A DNA stretch of 28,930 bases, taken from positions 1-28,930 of the forward strand of contig JAQVET010000001.1 of NCBI GenBank assembly GCA_028697615.1, given 5' to 3'. Positions 17,612 to 24,772 of this stretch are shown here, piece after piece (positions within the stretch are counted from its first letter, which is position 1; the number at the start of each line of letters is the position of its first letter). The notes beneath the pieces are model-generated. The model saw only the letters and a program-made list of their open reading frames with translations, ran no database searches and had not been told where the DNA came from. The DNA comes from Minisyncoccota bacterium. Lineage in GTDB: Bacteria > Patescibacteriota > Minisyncoccia > Minisyncoccales > GCA-002788555. A program made the position numbers and the translations under genes.

Positions 17612-18808
17612 ATGGATTCACTATCAAGTATTCAAAAAACTAATTCTGTCAAACAAATCGATTGGAAAGAAAAAAATATAAAAACTTTTGGTGTAGATTT
17701 ATCTTTTGCTGATGTGCCTGAGTATCAAAGAACAAAATATGTTCACAGACTACATCCATATTTGGGAAAATTTATTCCTCAATTAGTAGAAGTTTTTTTA
17801 AAAAAATATTTTAAAGAGGGCCAACTTATCTTGGACCCATTTGTTGGAAGCGGTACTACATTAATAGAGGCGAACATTTTAAATATTAATTCTATTGGGA
17901 TTGAACTTTCAGAATTTAGTTATCTTATATCTAAAGTTAAAACTCAAAAATACAATATAGAATTGTTAAAAAAGGAAATTTTAGATATATTAAATAAGAC
18001 AAAAGAATTTAGTAAAAGATTAGAAAAGAATCAAGAATTATTATTTAAGAATACTTTTAATATTGAACCTTCTGAATATTTTAAAACCTGGTATCATCCA
18101 AGGGCAACAAAAGAAATTTATTTTTATAAAAATTTGATTCCAAATTATAAAAATCAAGATATTTTGAAAATAATTATTTCCCGAGCAGCTCGTTCAGCAA
18201 GACAAATCCCTCATTATGATTTAGCGAGACCCAAAAAACCAATCAAGGAAAGATATTGGTGTATCAAACATAAACGATATTGTGAACCAGTTAATAATGC
18301 AATTAAATTTATTAATCGTTATAGTTTAGATTCGATAAAAAGAATAGAAGAATTCAACAGAATCAGAACATCGGCAAAAATAACTCTTTTAAAAGGAGAT
18401 TCAAGAATAATTAAATTACCAACAAAAGAAAAACAAATAGATGGTATTTTTACTTCTCCTCCCTACCTTGGATTAATAGATTATCACGATCAACACAAAT
18501 ATGCTTATGATTTATTTGGATTTAAAGAATATTCAGAATTTGAAATTGGCTCTCCGAATAAAAATGGAAATAATATTAAAAATAGATATAAAAAAGATAT
18601 AACTGCTTGTTTAAAAAATATAAAAAATTATATGAAACCTGGGGCTAAAATTTTTATTGTAGTAAATGATAAATATAATTTATATCCTGAGATAGCAAAA
18701 GAATGCAATTTAAAATTTGTTGATGTTTTTTACCGTCCAGTATTAATGAGAACCGAAAGAGATAATAATAAATTTTCAGAAAATATTTATTATTTTGTAA
18801 ATAAATAA
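17612..18808 (+). CDS. N4-cytosine DNA methyltransferase, alpha class, M.MjaII-like
   Basis: HRLHPYLGKFIPQLVE, motif I DPFVGSGTT near the N-terminus, motif IV TSPPY near the C-terminus. The M.MjaII resemblance is from recollection, not a search. Confidence 0.88.
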   Translation: MDSLSSIQKTNSVKQIDWKEKNIKTFGVDLSFADVPEYQRTKYVHRLHPYLGKFIPQLVEVFLKKYFKEGQLILDPFVGSGTTLIEANILNINSIGIELSEFSYLISKVKTQKYNIELLKKEILDILNKTKEFSKRLEKNQELLFKNTFNIEPSEYFKTWYHPRATKEIYFYKNLIPNYKNQDILKIIISRAARSARQIPHYDLARPKKPIKERYWCIKHKRYCEPVNNAIKFINRYSLDSIKRIEEFNRIRTSAKITLLKGDSRIIKLPTKEKQIDGIFTSPPYLGLIDYHDQHKYAYDLFGFKEYSEFEIGSPNKNGNNIKNRYKKDITACLKNIKNYMKPGAKIFIVVNDKYNLYPEIAKECNLKFVDVFYRPVLMRTERDNNKFSENIYYFVNK

Positions 18809-18810
18809 AA

Positions 18811-19599
18811 ATGAATATATCAAAAAAAACCAAAAAAGAAATAAATCAACTTTTAAGCACAGTTGTTAGGGAAAAATTAAAAACATATAAACCCGAAACG
18901 GGTTATATGCCTTTCCATTATAGATTACTTGGAAAAGATAGATATGCAATGTTTTCATTTATCCAATCGATAAACACAACTTTTGGTATGTCTATTTGGG
19001 AACAAGTAGCAGTAATTCTAGCAAGAGGAGCTGGCTATAATGCGGAAAGACAATATAAATTATTGGGTGAAATCGACCAAAATACAGAAAAATTAATTAA
19101 TGAAATTCATTATAAATTAAGAACAGCAAAAACTTATTCTAATAAAAATAAAGAAATCGAACAAATTAGAAATAAAATAAAACGAGGACAATTAAAATTA
19201 GACCCTGATTCAGTAGTAGATTTTGTTGTAAGAATAAACGATCAGGAAAATTACTTTGATATTACCAGTGTAAAACCTAATATGAAAGAATTCGCAAGTT
19301 TAAAATTAAAACTTTTACGGTGGATAGGTTTAAGATTAAGTCAAGATAAAAACGTAAGAGTTTTTACGCGAATAGCAATCCCCTATAATCCTTACCATCC
19401 TCAACCATATGAACGTTGGACATTAAAAGGATTATATGACTTAAAAAATGGAGAAATTTTAGTTGGTGAAGAATTTTGGAATTTTGTTGCAAACGCCCCG
19501 ATTTATGAAGAATTATTAGATATTTTTCAAGAAGTTGGAGAGAAATTAAGAAATGAAATCGATAAAAAATTTTTAGAATTTAGTAAATTAAATATATAA
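18811..19599 (+). CDS. Type II restriction endonuclease, TdeIII/MjaII family (GGNCC expected by family)
   Basis: MPFH.RLLG...SF..S.NTTFG.SIWEQ.A, D....FDITS.KPN, PYNPY, GEEFWNF; begins 2 bp after the MTase. The specificity is inference. Confidence 0.82.
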   Translation: MNISKKTKKEINQLLSTVVREKLKTYKPETGYMPFHYRLLGKDRYAMFSFIQSINTTFGMSIWEQVAVILARGAGYNAERQYKLLGEIDQNTEKLINEIHYKLRTAKTYSNKNKEIEQIRNKIKRGQLKLDPDSVVDFVVRINDQENYFDITSVKPNMKEFASLKLKLLRWIGLRLSQDKNVRVFTRIAIPYNPYHPQPYERWTLKGLYDLKNGEILVGEEFWNFVANAPIYEELLDIFQEVGEKLRNEIDKKFLEFSKLNI

Positions 19600-19602
19600 A
19601 AT

Positions 19603-21342
19603 ATGAAAATCGAAACTATAAGACATTCTTTATCTCATATATTGGCATTAGCTGTTCAAGAACTTTATCCAGGAGTTAAGTTTGGTATTGGACCAACGAT
19701 TGAAAATGGTTTTTATTATGACTTTGATTCTGTAAAAATAATCCCTGAAGATTTGCCAAAAATCGAGAAAAAAATGAAAGAATTAATTAAAAAAAATCTT
19801 AAATTTGAAAAAAAAGTTGTTTCAAGATTAGAAGCAAAAAAAATATTTAAAGACCAACCATATAAATTAGAACTCATTGAAGAAAAATCTAAAAATAAAA
19901 ATCAAAAATTAACAATTTATAAATCAGGAAAATTTATTGATTTGTGCAGTGGTCCACATATAAAATCTACCAAAGAAATTCCTATTGATGCTTTTAAACT
20001 TACAAAAATTGCAGGTGCCTATTGGCGTGGTGATGAAAAAAATCAAATGCTGACTCGTATTTATGGAGTGGCTTTTGAAACAAAAGAAGAACTTAAAAAA
20101 TATTTTAATTTCCAAAAAGAAGCGGAAAAAAGAGACCATAGAATTTTAGGGCAAAAAATGGACCTGTTTCATATCGATGAGAATATTGGACCAGGACTAA
20201 TTTTATGGCATCCCAAGGGAGCATTGCTTAAAAAAACTATTATTGATTATGCATTAAGTAAATATTTATCAAATGGCTATCAATTGGTTGATACCCCTCA
20301 TATTGCAAAATTAAATCTTTGGAAAACATCTGGCCATTTGGATTTTTATAAAGAAAATATGATGCCATCGATGCATATGTCAGAAATAGGGAAAGAAGAA
20401 AAGGATGACTATCAAATTAAACCGATGAATTGTCCTTTTCATATTGCTATTTATAAAACAAAAATTCACTCTTACAAAGACCTGCCAATCCGTTTCACAG
20501 AAATTGGAACCGTCTATAGATATGAAAAATCAGGAACGCTTCATGGATTAACAAGAGTAAGGCAAATTAGTCAAGATGATGCTCATATTTTTTGTACACC
20601 AAAGCAACTTTCTAATGAAATTTTGTCTACTTTAAGACTAACTTTGAAAATTTTCAAAGATTTTGGAATTAAAGATTTTAACATCTATCTTGCCACAAAA
20701 CCAGACAAATTTATTGGTAGCGAAAAAATTTGGAGAAAAGCAGAAAATTCGATTAAATATGCTCTTAAAAAATTAAATTTAAAATATCAACTTGATCCAG
20801 GAGGAGGGGCTTTTTATGGTCCAAAAATTGATATTAAAATTAAAGATGCTATTGGCAGAGAATGGCAATGCACTACTATTCAAATTGATCTTAATTTACC
20901 CGAAAGATTTGATGTTACCTTTATAAACGAAAAAGGTAAAAAGGAAAGAGTTATTATGATACATCGAGCACTTCTGGGATCATTGGAAAGATTTATTGGA
21001 ATTTTACTTGAATATTACAGTGGTAATTTACCATTTTGGCTTGCACCAGAACAAATATGGATAATTCCAATTGGAAAAAAACATATAAAATATGCAAACT
21101 TCGTCAACAAACAACTTACAACTCACAACTTACGAAACAAAATTAAAGACGAAAATGAAACAGTCTCAAAAAAAATAAGAGATGGTGAAATCCAAAAAAT
21201 CCCCTATATTCTTGTGGTTGGAGATATGGAAATGAAAAATAAAAGTGTCAGAGTACGTCAAAGAGAAAAAGGAGATATCGGCGAAATGAAATTAGATAAA
21301 TTTCTTGAAAAAATAAGCAAAAAAACAAAAATTTTAAAATAA
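19603..21342 (+). CDS. thrS: Threonyl-tRNA synthetase (short form, no N-terminal TGS domain)
   Basis: RHSLSH and DLCSGPH editing-domain motifs, RDHRILG, KPMNCPFH, GLTRVR..QDDAH, GAFYGPKID, MIHRA, KKIRDGE..KIPY. Confidence 0.97.
   Translation: MKIETIRHSLSHILALAVQELYPGVKFGIGPTIENGFYYDFDSVKIIPEDLPKIEKKMKELIKKNLKFEKKVVSRLEAKKIFKDQPYKLELIEEKSKNKNQKLTIYKSGKFIDLCSGPHIKSTKEIPIDAFKLTKIAGAYWRGDEKNQMLTRIYGVAFETKEELKKYFNFQKEAEKRDHRILGQKMDLFHIDENIGPGLILWHPKGALLKKTIIDYALSKYLSNGYQLVDTPHIAKLNLWKTSGHLDFYKENMMPSMHMSEIGKEEKDDYQIKPMNCPFHIAIYKTKIHSYKDLPIRFTEIGTVYRYEKSGTLHGLTRVRQISQDDAHIFCTPKQLSNEILSTLRLTLKIFKDFGIKDFNIYLATKPDKFIGSEKIWRKAENSIKYALKKLNLKYQLDPGGGAFYGPKIDIKIKDAIGREWQCTTIQIDLNLPERFDVTFINEKGKKERVIMIHRALLGSLERFIGILLEYYSGNLPFWLAPEQIWIIPIGKKHIKYANFVNKQLTTHNLRNKIKDENETVSKKIRDGEIQKIPYILVVGDMEMKNKSVRVRQREKGDIGEMKLDKFLEKISKKTKILK
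21111..21131 (+). repeat. Three tandem heptamers ACAACTT-ACAACTC-ACAACTT inside thrS (in frame, 21 bp)
   Basis: Read directly; encodes QLTTHNL in the anticodon-binding domain. Confidence 0.8.
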
Positions 21343-21355
21343 AAAATGCCAAACT

Positions 21356-21472
21356 ATCACCTATAATTGCCACTATGAATAAATTATGAAAAAATGCTGG
21401 ATCCAAACTTACGACTACTACCCCAATAGCAATGATTCGCTTACTCAAATACTACTAAGCAAGAATGAATAA
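21356..21472 (+). pseudogene. Two decayed copies of the miaB 5' end, the second forming a 28-aa ORF (21386-21472)
   Basis: 21356-21384 matches miaB 21494-21521 at 24/29 columns. The ORF MKKCWIQTYDYYPNSNDSLTQILLSKNE matches the MiaB N-terminus MKKYYIITYGCQMNKSDS at 9/18. Confidence 0.6.
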
Positions 21473-21485
21473 ATTATGAAAAAAT
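21375..21485. repeat. 21-bp perfect direct repeat ATGAATAAATTATGAAAAAAT at 21375-21395 and 21465-21485
   Basis: Read directly; 90-bp period. The second copy contains the miaB start codon. Confidence 0.95.
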
Positions 21486-22519
21486 ATTATATAATTACCT
21501 ATGGTTGCCAAATGAATAAATCTGATAGTGAAAGGATTGCTACGATATTGGAAAAAAAAGAATATCGGCCTGCTCTAAATATAGAGGAGGCGGATTTAAT
21601 ATTGGTTAATATGTGCTCAGTAAGGCAATCAGCAGTAGATCGAATCTATGGACTAGCTCCAAAATTTAAAGCGCTAAAGAAAAAAAATCCAAAATTAAAA
21701 ACAATTTTAACCGGCTGTTTTTTAAAAGAAGACAAACAAAAATTAAAAAAAATATTTGATGCGATTATAGAAAAAAACAATAAACTTTTCTCGACCAAAC
21801 CAAAAAGAGAAAAAAATTCTGTCGCCTTTGTGCCAATTTCAAATGGATGCAACAATTTTTGTTCCTATTGTGTTGTCCCATTTACACGTGGCAGACTATT
21901 TTGCCGCGAAGCACAAGAAATTTTAAAAGAGACCAAAAAAGCAATAAAAAATGGTTATAGTGAAATTTGGCTTCTTGGACAAAATGTAAATGATTATAAA
22001 AGTAAAATAACGCAGATATCTACACAAAAAAATATAGAAGTAAACTTTGCAAAATTAATAAAAATGATTAACGACATTCCTGGTGATTTTAAATTTTTCT
22101 TCACTTCCCCACATCCCAAAAACTTTTCTGACGAATTAATCGATGTTTTGTCAAAATGTGAAAAATTTGGAAAAATATTAAACCTGCCAGTACAATCAGG
22201 AGATAATGAAATTTTAAAAAAAATGAATCGAAACTATACGGCGCAAGAATATAAAACACTGGTAAAAAAAATACGAAAAAATATCCCTGATATAAAATTA
22301 TCAACAGATGTAATTGTTGGTTTTCCTGGAGAAACAAAAAAACAATTTGAAAATACAGTTAAACTTTTTAAAGAACTAAAATTTAACTGGGCTTACATTG
22401 CTAAATATTCACCTCGAGCACAAACCGCCTCCTATAAAATGAAAGATAACGTATCCCTAAAAGAAAAAAGGCGAAGAGAGAAAATGCTAAGAACATTAAT
22501 TAAAAAGCAAAATGAATAA
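21476..22519 (+). CDS. miaB: MiaB-like radical SAM methylthiotransferase lacking the C-terminal TRAM domain
   Basis: UPF0004 domain with three Cys (TYGCQMN, NMCSVR, TGC), GCNNFCSYC, LGQNVN, TSPHP, LPVQSG, TDVIVGFPGET, YSPR..T; ends about 25 aa later; overlaps miaA by 8 bp. Confidence 0.8.
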   Translation: MKKYYIITYGCQMNKSDSERIATILEKKEYRPALNIEEADLILVNMCSVRQSAVDRIYGLAPKFKALKKKNPKLKTILTGCFLKEDKQKLKKIFDAIIEKNNKLFSTKPKREKNSVAFVPISNGCNNFCSYCVVPFTRGRLFCREAQEILKETKKAIKNGYSEIWLLGQNVNDYKSKITQISTQKNIEVNFAKLIKMINDIPGDFKFFFTSPHPKNFSDELIDVLSKCEKFGKILNLPVQSGDNEILKKMNRNYTAQEYKTLVKKIRKNIPDIKLSTDVIVGFPGETKKQFENTVKLFKELKFNWAYIAKYSPRAQTASYKMKDNVSLKEKRRREKMLRTLIKKQNE

Positions 22520-23444
22520 AAAAGAAAAAAAGATAATTGTTATTTTAGGACAAACAGCAACTGGAAAAACTGACCTCTCAATTAAAATTGCTCTTTGGCT
22601 AAATTCAGAAAAGGCACAAAAAGAATTTAATATTAAAGGGGCTGAAATTGTTTCAGCTGACTCAAGACAGGTTTACAAAGGAATGGATATCGGAACAGGA
22701 AAAATTACAAAAAAAGAAATGAAAAATATTCCACATCATCTTTTGAATATCGCAAGCCCAAAAAGAAAATTTACTATAGCAAAATACCAAAAATTAGCAT
22801 ACAAAAGCATCGATAAAATTTTAAAAAAAGAAAAAATTCCTATTTTAGTTGGTGGATCGCCATTTTATATTTATTCAATTATTGAAAACTGGAATTTTCC
22901 AAAAGTAAAACCAGATTGGCAATTAAGAAAAAAATTGGAGAAAAAGACTACTAACGAACTTTTCGAAACTTTAAAAAAAATAGATCCACAAAGAGCCAAA
23001 AAAATAGATAAAAATAATAAAAGACGGCTTATAAGAGCAATTGAAATCTCAAAGGCACTAGGCAAAGTACCAAAACTCAATAAAAATTCAAAATATAATT
23101 TTCTTTTAATAGGAATTACAAAAGAAAAAAATGAACTTAAAATCTTAATAGATAAGCGCCTTAAAAAAAGGTTTAAACAAGGAATGATAAAAGAAGTTGA
23201 AAATTTAAATAAGTCGGGTGTTTCTTGGAAACAACTTGAAGAATTTGGACTAGAATATAAATGGATCGCAAAATATCTTCAAGGAAAGATTACAAAAAAA
23301 GAAATGGTTGAAAAACTTCAAAAAGATATAGAGAAATTTGCAAAAAGACAAATGACTTGGTTTAAACGAGATAAAAAAATTAAATGGGTAGAAAATTATT
23401 CTGAAGTAAAAAATATAATCAAAACATTTCTTTTAGGAAAATAG
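22512..23444 (+). CDS. miaA: tRNA dimethylallyltransferase
   Basis: GQTATGKT, SADSRQVY.GMDIGTGK, PHHL, VGGS, RRLIRAIE, AKRQMTWF. Confidence 0.95.
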   Translation: MNKKEKKIIVILGQTATGKTDLSIKIALWLNSEKAQKEFNIKGAEIVSADSRQVYKGMDIGTGKITKKEMKNIPHHLLNIASPKRKFTIAKYQKLAYKSIDKILKKEKIPILVGGSPFYIYSIIENWNFPKVKPDWQLRKKLEKKTTNELFETLKKIDPQRAKKIDKNNKRRLIRAIEISKALGKVPKLNKNSKYNFLLIGITKEKNELKILIDKRLKKRFKQGMIKEVENLNKSGVSWKQLEEFGLEYKWIAKYLQGKITKKEMVEKLQKDIEKFAKRQMTWFKRDKKIKWVENYSEVKNIIKTFLLGK

Positions 23445-23582
23445 GTAAAAAATTAAAATATAAATTTCATCAAATAGCGCAAGTGTAAATAAAAAAATTA
23501 ATAAATTAAATAAAAAATTTATTAAATCTACAATTTAACTAAAGTAAAAATAATTATTAAGGTGAAAATAATTATTTTTTAT

Positions 23583-23614
23583 AAAAACAACCCCTGCTTT
23601 TTAGCAGGAGTTGT
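23583..23614 (-). terminator. Intrinsic terminator of the pilin pair
   Basis: On the minus strand ACAACTCCTGCT-AAAA-AGCAGGGGTTGT (12-bp stem including one G-U pair) followed by a U-run, 24 nt past the pilin stop. Confidence 0.75.
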
Positions 23615-23638
23615 ATTTATTTTACCCCTTTTTACTTC

Positions 23639-24142
23639 TTATGGATTTATAATACAATATGTTTGATGAGGGTCTGCTGTTCCGCTTCCATCACAATTAC
23701 AAGCGCCTGTGGCAGGATAATCTGTATTATAATCATTATCTAAAGCTGGACTATTTGTTTCCAATATTGCCATTAAAGCATATTTTGTAGCAGAACCAGT
23801 GGTCACATCAGGACAATATGTATAGACATATGGAGCAGTATTTATGGGATCCTTAGGCTTACTTGTGATATCACCATCATTTATTAAAGCATTCATAACA
23901 CTATCCCAGCTTGCTCCAGTACAGGTACTTGAACCACAAACAGGATATTTTGAATTTTTTGACATATACATTTCAAGAGCAGTTCTTACCTCTCCAAGTT
24001 GAGATACTCTGTGAGAATCTCGCGCCTGAGCCCTTGCACCAGCAGTTGTTGCCATTATGATCGCAGCCAAAATAGCAATAATCGCAATAACAATCAAAAG
24101 TTCAATTAGGGTAAAACCTTGTTTTTTTGTTTTTATTCTCAT
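23639..24142 (-). CDS. Type IV pilin (prepilin, G/FTLIE motif), pilin 1
   Basis: Basic leader KTKKQG, FTLIELLIVIAIIAILAAII, ARAQARD..R, six Cys in the globular domain. Confidence 0.92.
   Translation of the reverse strand: MRIKTKKQGFTLIELLIVIAIIAILAAIIMATTAGARAQARDSHRVSQLGEVRTALEMYMSKNSKYPVCGSSTCTGASWDSVMNALINDGDITSKPKDPINTAPYVYTYCPDVTTGSATKYALMAILETNSPALDNDYNTDYPATGACNCDGSGTADPHQTYCIINP
24057..24120. repeat. 64-bp perfect direct repeat, copy in pilin 1
   Basis: Identical to 24604-24667; covers the codons for GFTLIELLIVIAIIAILAAII. Confidence 0.97.
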
Positions 24143-24173
24143 ATTAATTTAGTAATTTTAAAGACCTTTAATA

Positions 24174-24689
24174 TTAGGGTATACCAATACAATAACAATA
24201 TCTACCTAGTTTTGGATTAGAACCAACTGTACAATCGTTGTCATCGCCATCGCTACCGTCATCGTTACCACAATCAACCCCATAAACATTAGCCCCGTCA
24301 ATATCTTGGCTTAATGGTCCTTTAGGATCTTCCTCCAAACCTCTTTCTAAATTAGCACCTAAAATAAACCCTGGTGCTCCACTTTTAGAAATTCCTTTGC
24401 CATAAAAAAAATCAGTTTTATCTAGAGGGTCTTTAGCTAGAGCAGAAAGATATTTTCCGTCAGTTGTTAATTCACTAAGAGAATTTGGATACTGACCAGG
24501 ATTATCGCCTTCATACATTAAAATTGCATCATGAATTTCTTTAAGGTTTGCAACCCTTTGCGCATCTCTTGCTTTTGCTCTTGCTCCACCAGTACTAGCA
24601 AAAATGATCGCAGCCAAAATAGCAATAATCGCAATAACAATCAAAAGTTCAATTAGGGTAAAACCTTTCTTCTTTTTTATTATTGTCAT
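24174..24689 (-). CDS. Type IV pilin (prepilin, G/FTLIE motif), pilin 2
   Basis: Basic leader KKKKG, FTLIELLIVIAIIAILAAII, ARAKARDAQR, YP.SL..L, four Cys near the acidic C-terminus. Confidence 0.92.
   Translation of the reverse strand: MTIIKKKKGFTLIELLIVIAIIAILAAIIFASTGGARAKARDAQRVANLKEIHDAILMYEGDNPGQYPNSLSELTTDGKYLSALAKDPLDKTDFFYGKGISKSGAPGFILGANLERGLEEDPKGPLSQDIDGANVYGVDCGNDDGSDGDDNDCTVGSNPKLGRYCYCIGIP
24604..24667. repeat. 64-bp perfect direct repeat, copy in pilin 2
   Basis: Identical to 24057-24120. Confidence 0.97.
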
Positions 24690-24727
24690 ATCATTATTTT
24701 TAAAAATACAACGACCTTTAAATATAT

Positions 24728-24755
24728 TTTGTTATTATATAAATATAATAACAAA
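24728..24755. repeat. Perfect 13-bp inverted repeat TTTGTTATTATAT-aa-ATATAATAACAAA upstream of pilin 2
   Basis: Read directly; overlaps the predicted -10 box and start site. Confidence 0.9.
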
Positions 24756-24772
24756 TCAATATCATTTGTCAA
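24745..24772 (-). promoter_or_regulatory. Candidate sigma70-type promoter of the pilin pair
   Basis: Perfect TTGACA (24772-24767, inside the last rmuC codons), 16-nt spacer, extended -10 TG-t-TATTAT (24750-24745). Confidence 0.6.

Noticed and set aside
19603-21342. ThrS lacking the TGS domain
   Set aside because: Short ThrS forms are common in reduced genomes, and the editing and catalytic motifs are intact, so this is not unusual.
21375-21521. CRISPR-like reading of the 21-bp repeats
   Set aside because: There are only two full copies, the 69-bp spacer is too long, no cas genes are present, and the repeat is explained by the miaB start.
10630-22040. Short apparent insertions in MurC (NPDKNGYLRGSK) and MiaB (KITQISTQK) as further repeat-element footprints
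   Set aside because: No clear DNA periodicity could be shown by eye; alignments with close relatives would be needed.
19924-23080. Antisense ORFs over thrS, miaB and miaA, including 21248-21448
   Set aside because: They are shadows of AT-rich coding strands with no family motifs.
23445-23582. AT-rich spacer between miaA and the pilin terminator with short AAAATAATTATT repeats
   Set aside because: Low-complexity sequence between convergent genes, with no ORF, RNA fold or convincing pilin remnant.
23639-24689. DGR template/variable-repeat or shufflon interpretation of the pilin repeat
   Set aside because: No reverse transcriptase or site-specific recombinase is in the window. The repeats are direct, identical (no adenine-specific differences) and lie in the constant region.
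23639-24689. Higher GC in the pilin genes (about 37% in five lines counted) as evidence of horizontal transfer
   Set aside because: Largely explained by Gly/Ala/Thr/Pro/Cys-rich composition; no mobility genes or flanking att sites.
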